A stretch of 63,576 bases of DNA, the filler included, from Octopus bimaculoides (Eukaryota): the NCBI RefSeq assembly GCF_001194135.2. It is 4 parts of 4 records of this genome, joined end to end, with 100 filler letters (N's around TTAATTAATTAA, not from the genome) between each part and the next. Parts side by side here need not be neighbours in the genome. Positions count along the whole stretch, not along the records: positions 1 to 21,972 come from NC_069000.1; positions 22,073 to 25,330 come from NC_069009.1; 2 more parts are not named here. One strand, 5' to 3'. This document shows positions 10,639 to 22,079 of this stretch, one piece after another (within the stretch, counting starts at the first letter, position 1; each line of letters opens with the position of its first letter). The translations under genes were made by a program, and so were the position numbers. Under the pieces are notes generated by a model, which was not told the DNA's origin, did no database searches, and was given only the letters and a program-made list of their open reading frames with translations.

Positions 10639-12289
10639 ATATGTTGGCATGTATATATATTCATGTGTGTATACATGTGTTCATATATGTATGTATATGT
10701 ATGTGTGTATATATATTTGTATATATGTGTGTGTGTCTGTGTGTGTGTGTATAATATATAATAGATATAATACGCATTGTTGGATACCTGTCTCTTGGAA
10801 TACCTAGAAACTATAATATAATAGCAAACCGCGTTTAATGTAATTCTGTCTGTACGTCTAAATATATATCGACCTAACCTTTTTAACAGACAACGAATTT
10901 ACTGTGATTACTAATAAAAAATATTCGTTTATGAATTGGCATGAATTCATAAGCTACGTTTGAGCTGTAACGAAACATGACTACGGAAAAGCTGAAGTAG
11001 ACGGAAGCGACGTTTTTGGAGGGGAACAAACATATACAAAACTCTTGCCAGTAATAGTATCACCACTATGTTCACTCAAGAAATTAATTACAGCGAGTTG
11101 TTTATCTTTTTTTCTTTTGCTTGTTTCAGTAATTAGACTGCGGCCATGCTGGGGCAGCACCTTGAAGAATTATTAGTCGAATGAATCGACCGTAGTAGTT
11201 TGGTTTTTTTTTTTTTAAGCCTGGTACTTGTTCTATCAATATCTATCGCCGGACTGCTAAGTTACGGGTACGGAAACATCAATACCGGTTGTCAAGCGGT
11301 GGTGGGGGTCAAACGCAAAGACAAACAGACACACAGGCACACACACACGCACACACACACACTAACATACACACACACACACACACATATATACACACAA
11401 TTTAAAAATAGGATAAAATCTTTATAAGAAATTATCAAGTAGTTAACGTGAAAAACCTCATAAGGGAAAAAATTATTAATTATTCCCTTTAGATATATTT
11501 ATTTATATATATATTTATATTAAGGGCATTACTATACACNNNNNNNNNNNNNNNNNNNNNNNNNNNNNNNNNNNNNNNNNNNNNNNNNNNNNNNNNNNNN
11601 NNNNNNNNNNNNNNNNNNNNNNNNNNNNNNNNNNNNNNNNNNNNNNNNNNNNNNNNNNNNNNNNNNNNNNNNNNNNNNNNNNNNNNNNNNNNNNNNNNNN
11701 NNNNNNNNNNNNNNNNNNNNNNNNNNNNNNNNNNNNNNNNNNNNNNNNNNNNNNNNNNNNNNNNNNNNNNNNNNNNNNNNNNNNNNNNNNNNNNNNNNNN
11801 NNNNNNNNNNNNNNNNNNNNNNNNNNNNNNNNNNNNNNNNNNNNNNNNNNNNNNNNNNNNNNNNNNNNNNNNNNNNNNNNNNNNNNNNNNNNNNNNNNNN
11901 NNNNNNNNNNNNNNNNNNNNNNNNNNNNNNNNNNNNNNNNNNNNNNNNNNNNNNNNNNNNNNNNNNNNNNNNNNNNNNNNNNNNNNNNNNNNNNNNNNNN
12001 NNNNNNNNNNNNNNNNNNNNNNNNNNNNNNNNNNNNNNNNNNNNNNNNNNNNNNNNNNNNNNNNNNNNNNNNNNNNNNNNNNNNNNNNNNNNNNNNNNNN
12101 NNNNNNNNNNNNNNNNNNNNNNNNNNNNNNNNNNNNNNNNNNNNNNNNNNNNNNNNNNNNNNNNNNNNNNNNNNNNNNNNNNNNNNNNNNNNNNNNNNNN
12201 NNNNNNNNNNNNNNNNNNNNNNNNNNNNNNNNNNNNNNNNNNNNNNNNNNNNNNNNNNNNNNNNNNNNNNNNNNNNNNNNNNNNNNNNN

Positions 12290-12390
12290 CCACGACCCCC
12301 TGTCTGAGCCTCGTGGAGCTTTGGGTGTTTTCGCTCAATAAACACTCATAACGCCCGGTCTGGGAATCGAAACCCTGATCTTACAACCGC
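12290..12390 (-). mobile_element. SINE family 1, 5' part, abutting gap 11540-12289
   Basis: Reverse complement matches ~665-760 (ccgggcgtt.tgagtgtttattgagcgaaaacacc). Confidence 0.75.
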
Positions 12391-12720
12391 TGCATCAACA
12401 CGGAAATATCACGTGATATTTCTTTCCAAATATCTTATGTGTGACAGTAGTGAAGCAAGTATCCTCCCATATAATTTCTTGCTAATGTCCACTGAGTTGA
12501 TACATCGGATTGCTCAGTCTGCTGTTGGCAAAGGGAGGGAGTTTACATACAGTAATTGCATCTCAGAGTGTAGCAAACCCCTCCATTCCTTTCTTATGGG
12601 TTATTTTTCTAAAGCTTATAATTCCTTTATTATCTTATATATGTGCCCTAAGGTTCAGTTGTGGCAAACACAACATAATATACATTTGTGTTGTTCTTGT
12701 TTTTGTAATACATAATTATG

Positions 12721-13435
12721 ATAACTTTGGAGGAATTCCCTCCAAAACGCTATCGTGAAAGTTATCAAAAATGATGCATATTGTGTCCCAAATCGAAGGA
12801 TCGAAAGACAACGAATAGTTGCCAGAAATATTCGAAACCCATCTGCTTGGATCATTCATTCATGGTTTGTGTTCGTTGCTATGGTGAGGGTGATGAAGAC
12901 GAGAATGCAAGCAGTGACAAGAACTAAATAATAAACACCAAATGTAACTAATTAGAAAACTTGGGTGTCTACCACTGAGAATAAACACAAATAGCTCGAA
13001 ACCATACGGTCTGGTGGTCCCGTCGCCGTCGTTAGAAGATGGTGGGGCTTCAATCTCCTGCTTGCAATATATATCGGGCGCAGATTGCATCGATAACCAA
13101 TAGGAGGAGGCTCTTTCTGGTGTTAAATCGGTAGTAACGTCAGTTCTTACAAAACAGCCATATTGAAGTGGGGATCAACAAAAACACCAAATGGTTTACT
13201 AAATAAAATGTCTGCTCTTTTTGTTTGCCTGTCCTAGTATTTTTTATATTTCCTTTTCGATTGTCCAATACATAAAATTTTCTTTCTGTAAGATTAAAAT
13301 GTTTTTGTGAAACAAATTGTACAGAAACTCTTGATAAATAACTGTAGAACTAATCAGAAATAAAATGTCTTTGGTAAATCACACTCAACTGCACTAACAG
13401 TGTTTTAATATCCCACCGCACCAACGCAGGGTTAA
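12721..13435 (+). mobile_element. piggyBac transposon relic: transposase C-terminal Cys-rich domain and right terminus
   Basis: 12721-12927 reads ...YQK*CILCPKSKDRKTTNSCQKYSKPICLDHSFMVCVRC...KN* (piggyBac CRD with one internal stop); ...cgcaGGG|TTAA at 13429-13435 is the canonical piggyBac end plus TTAA target. Confidence 0.75.
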
Positions 13436-13741
13436 AAAATAAAGTTGTACTCTACAAAAGTATTAATGTAAAATTGTATTTAATATAATTGGATATAAAA
13501 GCAAACGTTAATATGACTGTGAGAAGCTTGCATTCTAACCACATGGTTCCGGGTTCAGTCCCACTGCATGGCACCTTTGGCAAGTGTCTTCACTATAGCG
13601 ATTCGGCAAAAGAGACTGACAGAATAAGCAAGAGGCTCTTAAAAAACAAGAAAAGGAATACTGGGGTCGATACATTCGACTAAAAATTCTTCAAGGCGGT
13701 GCCCCAGCATGGCCGCAGTCAAATGACTGAAATAAGTAAAA

Positions 13742-13792
<51 letters not shown>

Positions 13793-14629
13793 TATATATT
13801 TGATCCTTTATATTGAACACTCAATATTNNNNNNNNNNNNNNNNNNNNNNNNNNNNNNNNNNNNNNNNNNNNNNNNNNNNNNNNNNNNNNNNNNNNNNNN
13901 NNNNNNNNNNNNNNNNNNNNNNNNNNNNNNNNNNNNNNNNNNNNNNNNNNNNNNNNNNNNNNNNNNNNNNNNNNNNNNNNNNNNNNNNNNNNNNNNNNNN
14001 NNNNNNNNNNNNNNNNNNNNNNNNNNNNNNNNNNNNNNNNNNNNNNNNNNNNNNNNNNNNNNNNNNNNNNNNNNNNNNNNNNNNNNNNNNNNNNNNNNNN
14101 NNNNNNNNNNNNNNNNNNNNNNNNNNNNNNNNNNNNNNNNNATATATATATATATATATACATATATCATTTGGGGTCCATGAAATAAGTCCCATTTGAA
14201 CACTGCAGCCGATGTAATTGTTTTGGTTTTTTTTACTTCGGAAAGATGTAAAGAAATTTGAATGTTTACGGTTTTTGATGAAGAGAACAGAACCTAATAC
14301 GCGGACATAGTGGTTTAGATGTTGCGCTCGCAATACCGTGATTTCAATTCCTGGACCGGGCTGTACGTTATGTCCTTGAGCAAAACACTTCATTTCACGC
14401 TGTTCTGCTTAGCAATTCGACATCTGATGTATTGCACACCGTGCAATTCTCTAAGCTATGTTGTGTTGATGGAGGGATTGAGTTACTTAACGGCACAAAT
14501 ATTCGATCACTATAAACAAATCATCTGAGCAGGTTGATCAACAAGAACTTGTTGGAGAACCCTCCTATGGCGTTTAAGATAGGAGAGACTGCCACACATA
14601 TACGTAGTCTGTGAACGTAAAAGATTTAC

Positions 14630-14734
14630 CGGTGTACGAAGTTGTTTGTTCCATCAATCGGGTCTATTATCCAGGTAGGTCTTTCAGTGAGTTCACATTT
14701 CTTGCCACCAGCAATGGATTCCTCTCCAATGAAA
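14630..14734 (-). CDS. IMPA1: Inositol monophosphatase, coding exon 3 ([35 protein letters not shown])
   Basis: 105 nt, tctatttcag| acceptor, CG|gtaaat donor; GEES and WIIDPIDGT metal-binding signature intact; phase 2/2 matches the previous exon. Confidence 0.98.
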
Positions 14735-14784
14735 CTGAAATAGAGAATAACACAAATGTTGTTGCATTTGTTGTTGTTGTTCTA

Positions 14785-14978
14785 AGACAGACAGATAGAC
14801 AGAAAGAGACAGACAGACATTGATGGATAGATAGACAGATAAATGAAAAGACAGACGGGCAGACAAACAAAGACCCAGATAGACAGACAGACAACATATT
14901 CAAACAGACAGATAGACTGACAGAAACCCACACAGACCGAGAGACAAGCAGTCAGACAGACAAACAATAGATACACAC

Positions 14979-15018
<40 letters not shown>

Positions 15019-15043
15019 GTAAATAGATAGATAGATAGGTAGG

Positions 15044-15082
<39 letters not shown>

Positions 15083-15225
15083 ACGTTAGCACGCCTGGCG
15101 AAATGCTTAGCGGTATTTCGTCTATCTTTACATTTTTCAGGCTTTCTGCCTACGTAAAGAGGATGAGAAGGAGAAGGAGAAGAAGAAGAAGAAGAAGAAG
15201 AAGAAGAAGAAGAAGAAGAAGAAGA
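14785..15225. repeat. (GACA)n/(GATA)n tract followed by (AAG)n in an IMPase intron
   Basis: Direct inspection; near-perfect (GATA)n at ~14980-15080 and (AAG)n at ~15177-15224. Confidence 0.95.
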
Positions 15226-15463
15226 TTGAAGTTTAATATTTCTAGAAATATTTATTTGTCATAATAATAATAATAATAATAATAATGACAAGAAGAAGAA
15301 GAAGAGAGGAGGAAGGAAGAGGAGGAGGAGGTCAACAACCGCAACAATAGCAATAGGAACAAAAAAAAAAAACAAAAAAACAGTAAGGAATCATGCAGAA
15401 AGCAGAAACAAAAAAAAAACTGACAAATAAAAGAAAAGGAGAAGAGAGTAGAATGTGTCTTAC

Positions 15464-15597
15464 CGATGTGTCGGAAAACGAGTTTTCAGTGTTGATATTA
15501 GCATTCGTTCAACGGCTTCATCAGTTTCGGTAACAAGATCTTGTCCGGTCTGTTTTGTGTTGATGCATTTCCTCTTGTTGAAAGCCCTTCTTACCAT
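15464..15597 (-). CDS. IMPA1: Inositol monophosphatase, coding exon 2 (MVRRAFNKRKCINTKQTGQDLVTETDEAVERMLISTLKTRFPTHR)
   Basis: 134 nt, ttatag| acceptor, CG|gtaaga donor; contains the DLVTxTD motif of the IMPase family. Confidence 0.96.
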
Positions 15598-15985
15598 CTA
15601 TAATTTAGGAAGTGCGATACGATATCATTGATATTAAGTTGTTATAGTCTACTACGCCTGCAGAGAGCGAAAGCATTAGAAGCAGAAATATATACATTGA
15701 CGTATAGGCACGGTTAAGAAGTTATAAGTAAAATCGTGTATATCATATATATATGTATATATATAGTTTTAGGGAAAAGAACCAAGGTTCATGAACTCAT
15801 CGATGAAAATCCACTGTCACATATAGAAAAAATTGATAATTAAAAGCACAATAATTAAGTATAATATAATACAAAGTAAATATCATAAGATCAAGATAAT
15901 TTAATTTAATTTTAATTTTTAATAAATTGATTTTAATTGAGTTTTTACCTGTAATTTTGGATTTTATCCCTAATATTATTATTAT

Positions 15986-16036
<51 letters not shown>

Positions 16037-16658
16037 GTATATATCACACACAGAAATTGAAAACAGAACACAAAGGATATCGCGGTACACGTGTTTCAAG
16101 CTATATATACAATCTGTCATTACATCAGTATATATTGTTGATATAAAGGATGGTTTAAAGCTATCTTCAACCACAAACATTTTCAGTCCCAGAATTACAT
16201 CACAAAGAAAAAAGAAAAAGAGAGAGAAAAGTCCACTTAGTGTTATCCATTGTAATATTCTTATCCTTTAAATTGTTATATCTGCATATATCTTTGTGTT
16301 CTGTTTTCAATTTACGTTTAATATATTCTTTCACCTCTGCCACTATCTGGCATATACAGGTGCATACACTTATCAAGTATATATATAATGTACTGTTCCG
16401 TAAAAGAAAATGTTGAAGTGGCGATAAACATTATTTTCTCAGTATAATTGCTACTTTCATCCTCTATGGAGATTTTATAACGAGCTACTTTGCTTGTAAT
16501 ACATACATACCTACACACACACACACACATATATATATATACACACACATATGTTTATGTATATAAACTAATCAGATAAGAGAAGTGAAGTGAGAGAATG
16601 AATGTTCACTCCATTAGTTTACAGCTGTTCCATAATACACGTTAGATGCATAATCGAA

Positions 16659-16703
<45 letters not shown>

Positions 16704-16713
16704 NNNNNNNNNN

Positions 16714-16758
<45 letters not shown>

Positions 16759-16901
16759 TCATATATACAATTCTGCCTTACCATAACTAACGGACTACTC
16801 CCTCGGAACATTTCATAGCAGGTTAAAACATCAACTCTTATATACATGTGTGTGTGTGAAAAGACAGTTAAATACGTTAATATCAAGTGGCGTTTTCTTA
16901 C

Positions 16902-17045
16902 CTTTCCTGCTTTTTTAGTTAGTTCCAGTGTAAAGACAAATATGTCATCGATCGATTCATTCATTTCCCATCCGACAGAATCATTGAGGCTTTCAAAAAG
17001 AATCTCAGGAGTTTCTCCAACTTGACAATCAACAACAACGGCCAT
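16902..17045 (-). CDS. IMPA1: Inositol monophosphatase, coding exon 1 (MAVVVDCQVGETPEILFESLNDSVGWE-MNESIDDIFVFTLELTKKAGK); alternative start at 16964
   Basis: From ATG 16964 the exon gives 63 coding nt ending ...KKAGK|gtaaga (phase 0), matching the size and the AGE/AGK end of the first IMPA1 coding exon as I recall it. An in-frame upstream ATG at 17045 (gctATGG) has no intervening stop; candidate acceptor ttttgcacattgtag| puts the exon start at 17114. IMPA1 versus IMPA2 orthology cannot be resolved. Confidence 0.85.
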
Positions 17046-17246
17046 AGCTGAGCTTTTTGTTATTGTGTTCGTTTCTATGTTTGGTTATCTTATGATATAT
17101 TTTGTTATCTTCGTCTACAATGTGCAAAATAAAAGGAGGAAATATTTATGCATTTGGTATAAGCCGAAAATGAATAAATTATTTGATATTTGATAGTGTT
17201 ACATGTTATTAAACGTGCGCGGCCACCATACAAAACTTGGTTTCAT

Positions 17247-17293
<47 letters not shown>

Positions 17294-17546
17294 TTTCCTT
17301 TAAAAATATATATATATTGATATTATCTTGGTTGAAAAACTTCGATAATGCAAATAAGTTAATAGTTACCAGGGTAACAAAAATCACACAAAAACTGGGA
17401 TATTATACCCGGTTAAGAGGTAGAGATTCCATGTTAAAGTTATGTGTTTTGAGTTGATATAAAGAATAATAATAAATGGAGCAAAACGCATATAATCAAT
17501 AAGTTCTTTTAATTCCTACATGTTTCAAAAATTATATGCACACCTT

Positions 17547-17578
<32 letters not shown>

Positions 17579-18370
17579 AAGAAAATAAGAAAATGGAGAT
17601 ATAACATTTAATAAAAATTTATTATATACAAAAATCAAGCATGCTCCGTTACAGGTGTTTCAATTAGGCTTAATAGATTAAATAGTAATTAATAAAATCA
17701 TTATATTAGGCAGAATCTCTTCAGAGTGTTGGAAAAAAGATATACCGTTAGTTTTTTAAGTGTTGTATTTTAGAATCATCACAGCAGACTGGGTGTTATA
17801 TTATGGTTGATATTGGTATATGCCCGGATTGATGGGTTATAGGTTATTTTAGTGGGTAATGGATAATATGTGAATATAATTAAGGTAATAATGAGTAAAT
17901 AAACGGAGGTTGAATAGTAAATTACAGTGAATAAGAGTATCATATGAAAGAGGAGATAAAATAAATAGTTAGGTAAGTTGTTTATAAAACTGAGGGTAGG
18001 CTCACGTGACACTATCTAAGCTTCAACTGACCAACGGAGGGAAAGGACGCGTAGTTTTTCGCCCTGAAAATATGGAAGACAACGTTGACTTTGGTGGAAT
18101 TTGAACTCGGAACGCAAAACTGAAAGAAAGTCCGCTAAGCATTTTGTCCGTAAGGGTAACGATTCTGCCAGCTCGCCACCATATGTCTCAATAAAATAAT
18201 TACCAATTAAGCACGGGATATAAACTCAAATGACCGAGTCACTTCTGGAAATAAAAAGCCCCTGCACTAATATAAGAAATTATTGTCCCGTATCTTCATA
18301 TTACTTAAGAATGGATCTTTCAATAAGTGTGTGACATATTCTTGGCAACGACGTCACTTAATTCCCTTAC

Positions 18371-18474
18371 CAAGCTTTCATTTAACAGCAGTTTGTTTTC
18401 GTAAAATATATAATAAAGCACCAAATGTTCTTTATTTGTTGTCGTCTTTGCGTACCTATGTGAGAGTATGTGCG

Positions 18475-18507
<33 letters not shown>

Positions 18508-18746
18508 AAGAAAGAGAGGGGAGAGAAAGAGAGAGATTGGTGGGTTATAGTTTATGGAGACATTACAAGTAAAAGGTGCCAACTTGTTTCAAACGACCAT
18601 TTATTATATTTCTATATATTTTATTTTAGTTTTTTTTTTCTATCTTGGCACCTAACAATCGTACTATAATTATGCAACAGGAAGAAAATGTAACGTGTCA
18701 AATTACTGCTTCTTAAAAGAAATTCGGCTAATTGGTTGCTCATTGG
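18371..18746 (-). promoter_or_regulatory. Candidate non-coding first exon and CCAAT promoter of the IMPase gene
   Basis: Minus-strand donor TG|gtaagg at 18370-18369; two minus-strand CCAAT boxes (attgg 18731-18735, 18742-18746); unique, non-repetitive sequence. Confidence 0.35.
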
Positions 18747-19317
18747 ACAGTTCTTGTCAACAACTTTTGATTGCAGTACGAAGAGAGGAGCAATGACAAC
18801 TAGTAAACTATAATAGATAATTCGAAATGTTTTGATAGTACAACAGCAGTAAAAGAAACGAGAGACGAGTAGAATTTAATTCACTTTCGTTTTATGTATT
18901 GTGTTCAAATGTACCGAAATCGACAATGCGTGTCATCATTTTGGGTTGATGACAAGTGAGGTGGCGGTGGCAGCGAAGGAGAGGGTCGACAAATTAATTA
19001 GCAATGATACACAGAAGAGAGTGCTAGCGTCAGAGACGATAGTGGGGTTTCGTCGGTTCGTGTCATGTCACCATTTCTATTGCGTCGCTTGTGTTGCTGC
19101 ATCCATGGTCAGTACACTTAAACAGCTGTCTATAGCCAAGTTCACATAGCTCTATGGTACCTCGAGTTGAACACTAAAATCAAAGATTACACTGTGTAAC
19201 ACGATTTTTGTCCTTGGATAGTAACTGCTATTTCCTATTTGCTTACCCCTAAAAAAGTATGTAAAATGGCTAATATTTCCATCAAACTTCGCTTTTGTTA
19301 CATTTATTCAGATATAA

Positions 19318-19725
19318 GCGCAGGAATGGCTGTGTGGTAAGTAGTTTGCTTACCATCCACATGGTTCCGGGTTCAGTCCCACTGCGTGGCACCTTCGGCA
19401 AGTGTCTTCTACTATAGACTCGGGCCGACCAAAGCCTTGTGAGTGGATTTGGTAGACGAAACTGAAAGAAGCTCGTTGTATATATATATATGTATGTATA
19501 TATATATTGGTGTGTGTATGTGTTTGTCCCTCCTAACATCGCTTGACAACCGATGCTGGTGTGTTTACGTCCTCGTAAATTAGCGGTTCGGCAAAAGTGA
19601 CCGATAGAATAAGTACTAGGCTTCCAAAGAATAAGTCCTGGGGTCGATTTGCTCGACTAAAGGCGGTGCTCCAGCATAGCCGCAGTCAAATGACTGAAAC
19701 AAGTAAAAGAGTAAAAAGAGAAAAG
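19318..19725 (+). mobile_element. Full-length tRNA-derived CORE-type SINE (family 3)
   Basis: A box TGGCTGTGTGG (19327-19337), B-box-like GGTTCAGTCCC (19370-19380), CORE-like caccttcggcaagtgtctt, (GTAAAA)-type tail. Partial copies at ~8300-8440, 11105-11330, 13505-13745, 32690-32885, 36280-36610, 49560-49990, 51268-51885 and 55070-55660. Confidence 0.8.
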
Positions 19726-20289
19726 AGAGTATCCCTAATATTCCCTAAAATGGTTATGATTCTCCCCCACTACTCCTGTTCATGATCAGAGATGTACATA
19801 TTATCAGCCACTACAGGACATGCTCAAGTGGTAACGGTCAAGCAACTGACAATCAAGTCAGTATTAAGCAGAAGATTTGCTATAACGATATTTCTGCTTC
19901 AGCAACTCAGCACAGAATCTGTCTGAAATGTAATGGGTGGTGGGGCGGGAAATAGGTCAGTTTCGAAACACTGATGTCCAGCTTACTAGAAATTTCCTTT
20001 GATTTCTAGATAGAGGTAAAATAGGAAATAACACTTACTGACCAAAGACCAAAGAGAAATAAAACTTTTGTTCGTGTTATTTCATTTGCGTCGTCCAGTG
20101 CTGAGTTCATGTCAGAGATGAGTCTAGGAGAGAGCCGAGTCCAAGTTACGACTGAGTTCAAGATAATATTGAGTTCTAGTTAGAGTTGAGGTCATGGAAA
20201 ATGCGATGGAAGACCCTTTGTATTACTTTCTTTACTTCAATTAGAATATGAAGTAAGACAGGGTTTTCAGTTTCATTGTTTTGATCCAA

Positions 20290-20582
20290 GTAAGGAATGT
20301 TGTTGGCACTCCGTCGCTTACGACATCGAGGGTTCCAGTTGATCCGATCAACGGAACAGTCTGCTCGTGAAATTAACGTGCAAGTGGATGTGCACTCCAC
20401 AGACACGTGTACCCTTAACGTAGTTCTCGGGGATATTCAGCGTGACACAGAGTGTGACAAGGCTGACCCTTTGAATTACAGGCACAATAGAAACAGGAAG
20501 TAAGAGTGAGAGAAAGTTGTGGTGGAAGAGTACAGCAGGGTTCGCCACCATCCCCTGCCGGAGCCTCGCGGAGCTTTAGGTG
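20290..20582 (-). mobile_element. SINE family 1, 3' part with (CAA)-like tail, abutting a gap
   Basis: Overlaps copy 1 over gaggctccggcaggggatggtgg.gaaccctgctgtactc; ends gtgccaacaaca. Confidence 0.75.
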
Positions 20583-21661
20583 NNNNNNNNNNNNNNNNNN
20601 NNNNNNNNNNNNNNNNNNNNNNNNNNNNNNNNNNNNNNNNNNNNNNNNNNNNNNNNNNNNNNNNNNNNNNNNNNNNNNNNNNNNNNNNNNNNNNNNNNNN
20701 NNNNNNNNNNNNNNNNNNNNNNNNNNNNNNNNNNNNNNNNNNNNNNNNNNNNNNNNNNNNNNNNNNNNNNNNNNNNNNNNNNNNNNNNNNNNNNNNNNNN
20801 NNNNNNNNNNNNNNNNNNNNNNNNNNNNNNNNNNNNNNNNNNNNNNNNNNNNNNNNNNNNNNNNNNNNNNNNNNTTTGTCAATAACAGCTATGTCTGCTT
20901 TATTTCTTGTAATAAGTATCTAGTCATAAATTTTTGCGACCAATGTTAGACATTTCAATATTTTATCGAATTCTCGTTAGCATGCCGGGCAAAATGCTTA
21001 GCGGCATTTCATTCGTCTTTACAATCTGAGTTCAAATTCCGCCGAGGTCGACTTTGGCGTTCTTCTTTTCGGTATCGATAAAATTTGAAACCATTATTTT
21101 ACCGAATGTGTTCGTTTTGTTAATTATTAATGAGAAAGCAGGTACCATCTCACAACCTGTTGACCTTATCTTCACGTTATTTTCCTCTCTCTTTTTCTCT
21201 CTTTATTTTCCCCACACGCTTTATATATTATGGTATCGTTTTCCTTGTTTCCTTTATCTTGCTTCTTACTCAAAACAGGTCCCCCGAAACGTCAGTCTAC
21301 TTCTTTTCCTTTTATCTGCGTATCATTGTGCACAACTTCTATTGTTAATTCTTTCTTGTTTACGTTCAATCCATTACCTTTCGAATTTTTGCCGATTTGC
21401 TCTAAACTCTTACGTTGTTCAAATGTCCGTCTCTTATTCCTCTCATTCCCTTTGTATTCTTTTATCTATATATCAATTATACTTCTCAAAGTTGTTAATA
21501 CTTTTAAACTTTCAATATATGTCCACCATAACCGGTATTATTTCATAGTGCATGGTCTAAAAAAATGTCAGATGTTTACTTCTTTTAGCTGTCATACGTT
21601 CCATCAATAATTTCTTGGATTTCAATTTTGAAGTTATCGTTAGGAATAAACGAACTTTAGG

Positions 21662-21930
21662 TTATTACCTCCGCCTTAGTAAGGGCAGAGGTATTGTTTT
21701 CAGTCGTGTTTGTTTGTTTGTCCGTGGACAAGATATCTCAAGAACCGCTTGATGGATTCGGATGAAACTTTCAGGAATGTTTGCCTCGTGACTGGCACGA
21801 GCTGATTAGATTTTGGGATCGATCTAATATCGGACAAGGATTCTGGATTATTTTTCCGGTTTTTTTTTTTCTTAATTTTTGAGAGCAGTCGGGTTCATTT
21901 TTAGCATTCTCGTTTGTGAGAGCAGTTTAT
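21662..21930 (+). mobile_element. Putative Helentron-associated (HINE/DINE-1-like) non-autonomous element, 5' part
   Basis: Starts ttattacctccgcc, followed by the inverted ggcagaggt (subterminal hairpin), a (GTTT)n/gtcc tract and ggattcggatgaaactt; architecture recalled from HINE-type elements. Confidence 0.45.
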
Positions 21931-22016
21931 TTCAAAAGTGTGTGTATGTGTGTGTGCGTGTGTGTGTGTGTGNNNNNNNNNNNNNNNNNNNNNNNNNNNN
22001 NNNNNNNNNNNNNNNN

Positions 22017-22028
22017 TTAATTAATTAA
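22017..22028. other. Assembly pad N44-TTAATTAATTAA-N44 (also 25375-25386 and 56663-56674)
   Basis: Each 12-mer sits exactly centred in a 100-nt block of Ns and gives stop codons in all six frames; a scaffolding linker, not genomic sequence. Confidence 0.95.
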
Positions 22029-22079
22029 NNNNNNNNNNNNNNNNNNNNNNNNNNNNNNNNNNNNNNNNNNNNATAGAAA

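Noticed and set aside
13000-13200. IGYRCNLRPIYIASR (minus strand), loosely like the piggyBac GFRGRCxFRxYIPSK motif
   Set aside because: Similarity is too weak, and it is on the opposite strand to the adjacent CRD.
21265-21300. ccccGAAACGTCag resembling the Penelope hammerhead 3' half
   Set aside because: The upstream CUGANGA box and stem II are not recognisable; at most a heavily decayed copy.
22017-22028. TTAATTAATTAA palindrome recurring three times
   Set aside because: Always centred in exactly 44+44 Ns; a scaffolding linker, not a piggyBac site or regulatory motif.
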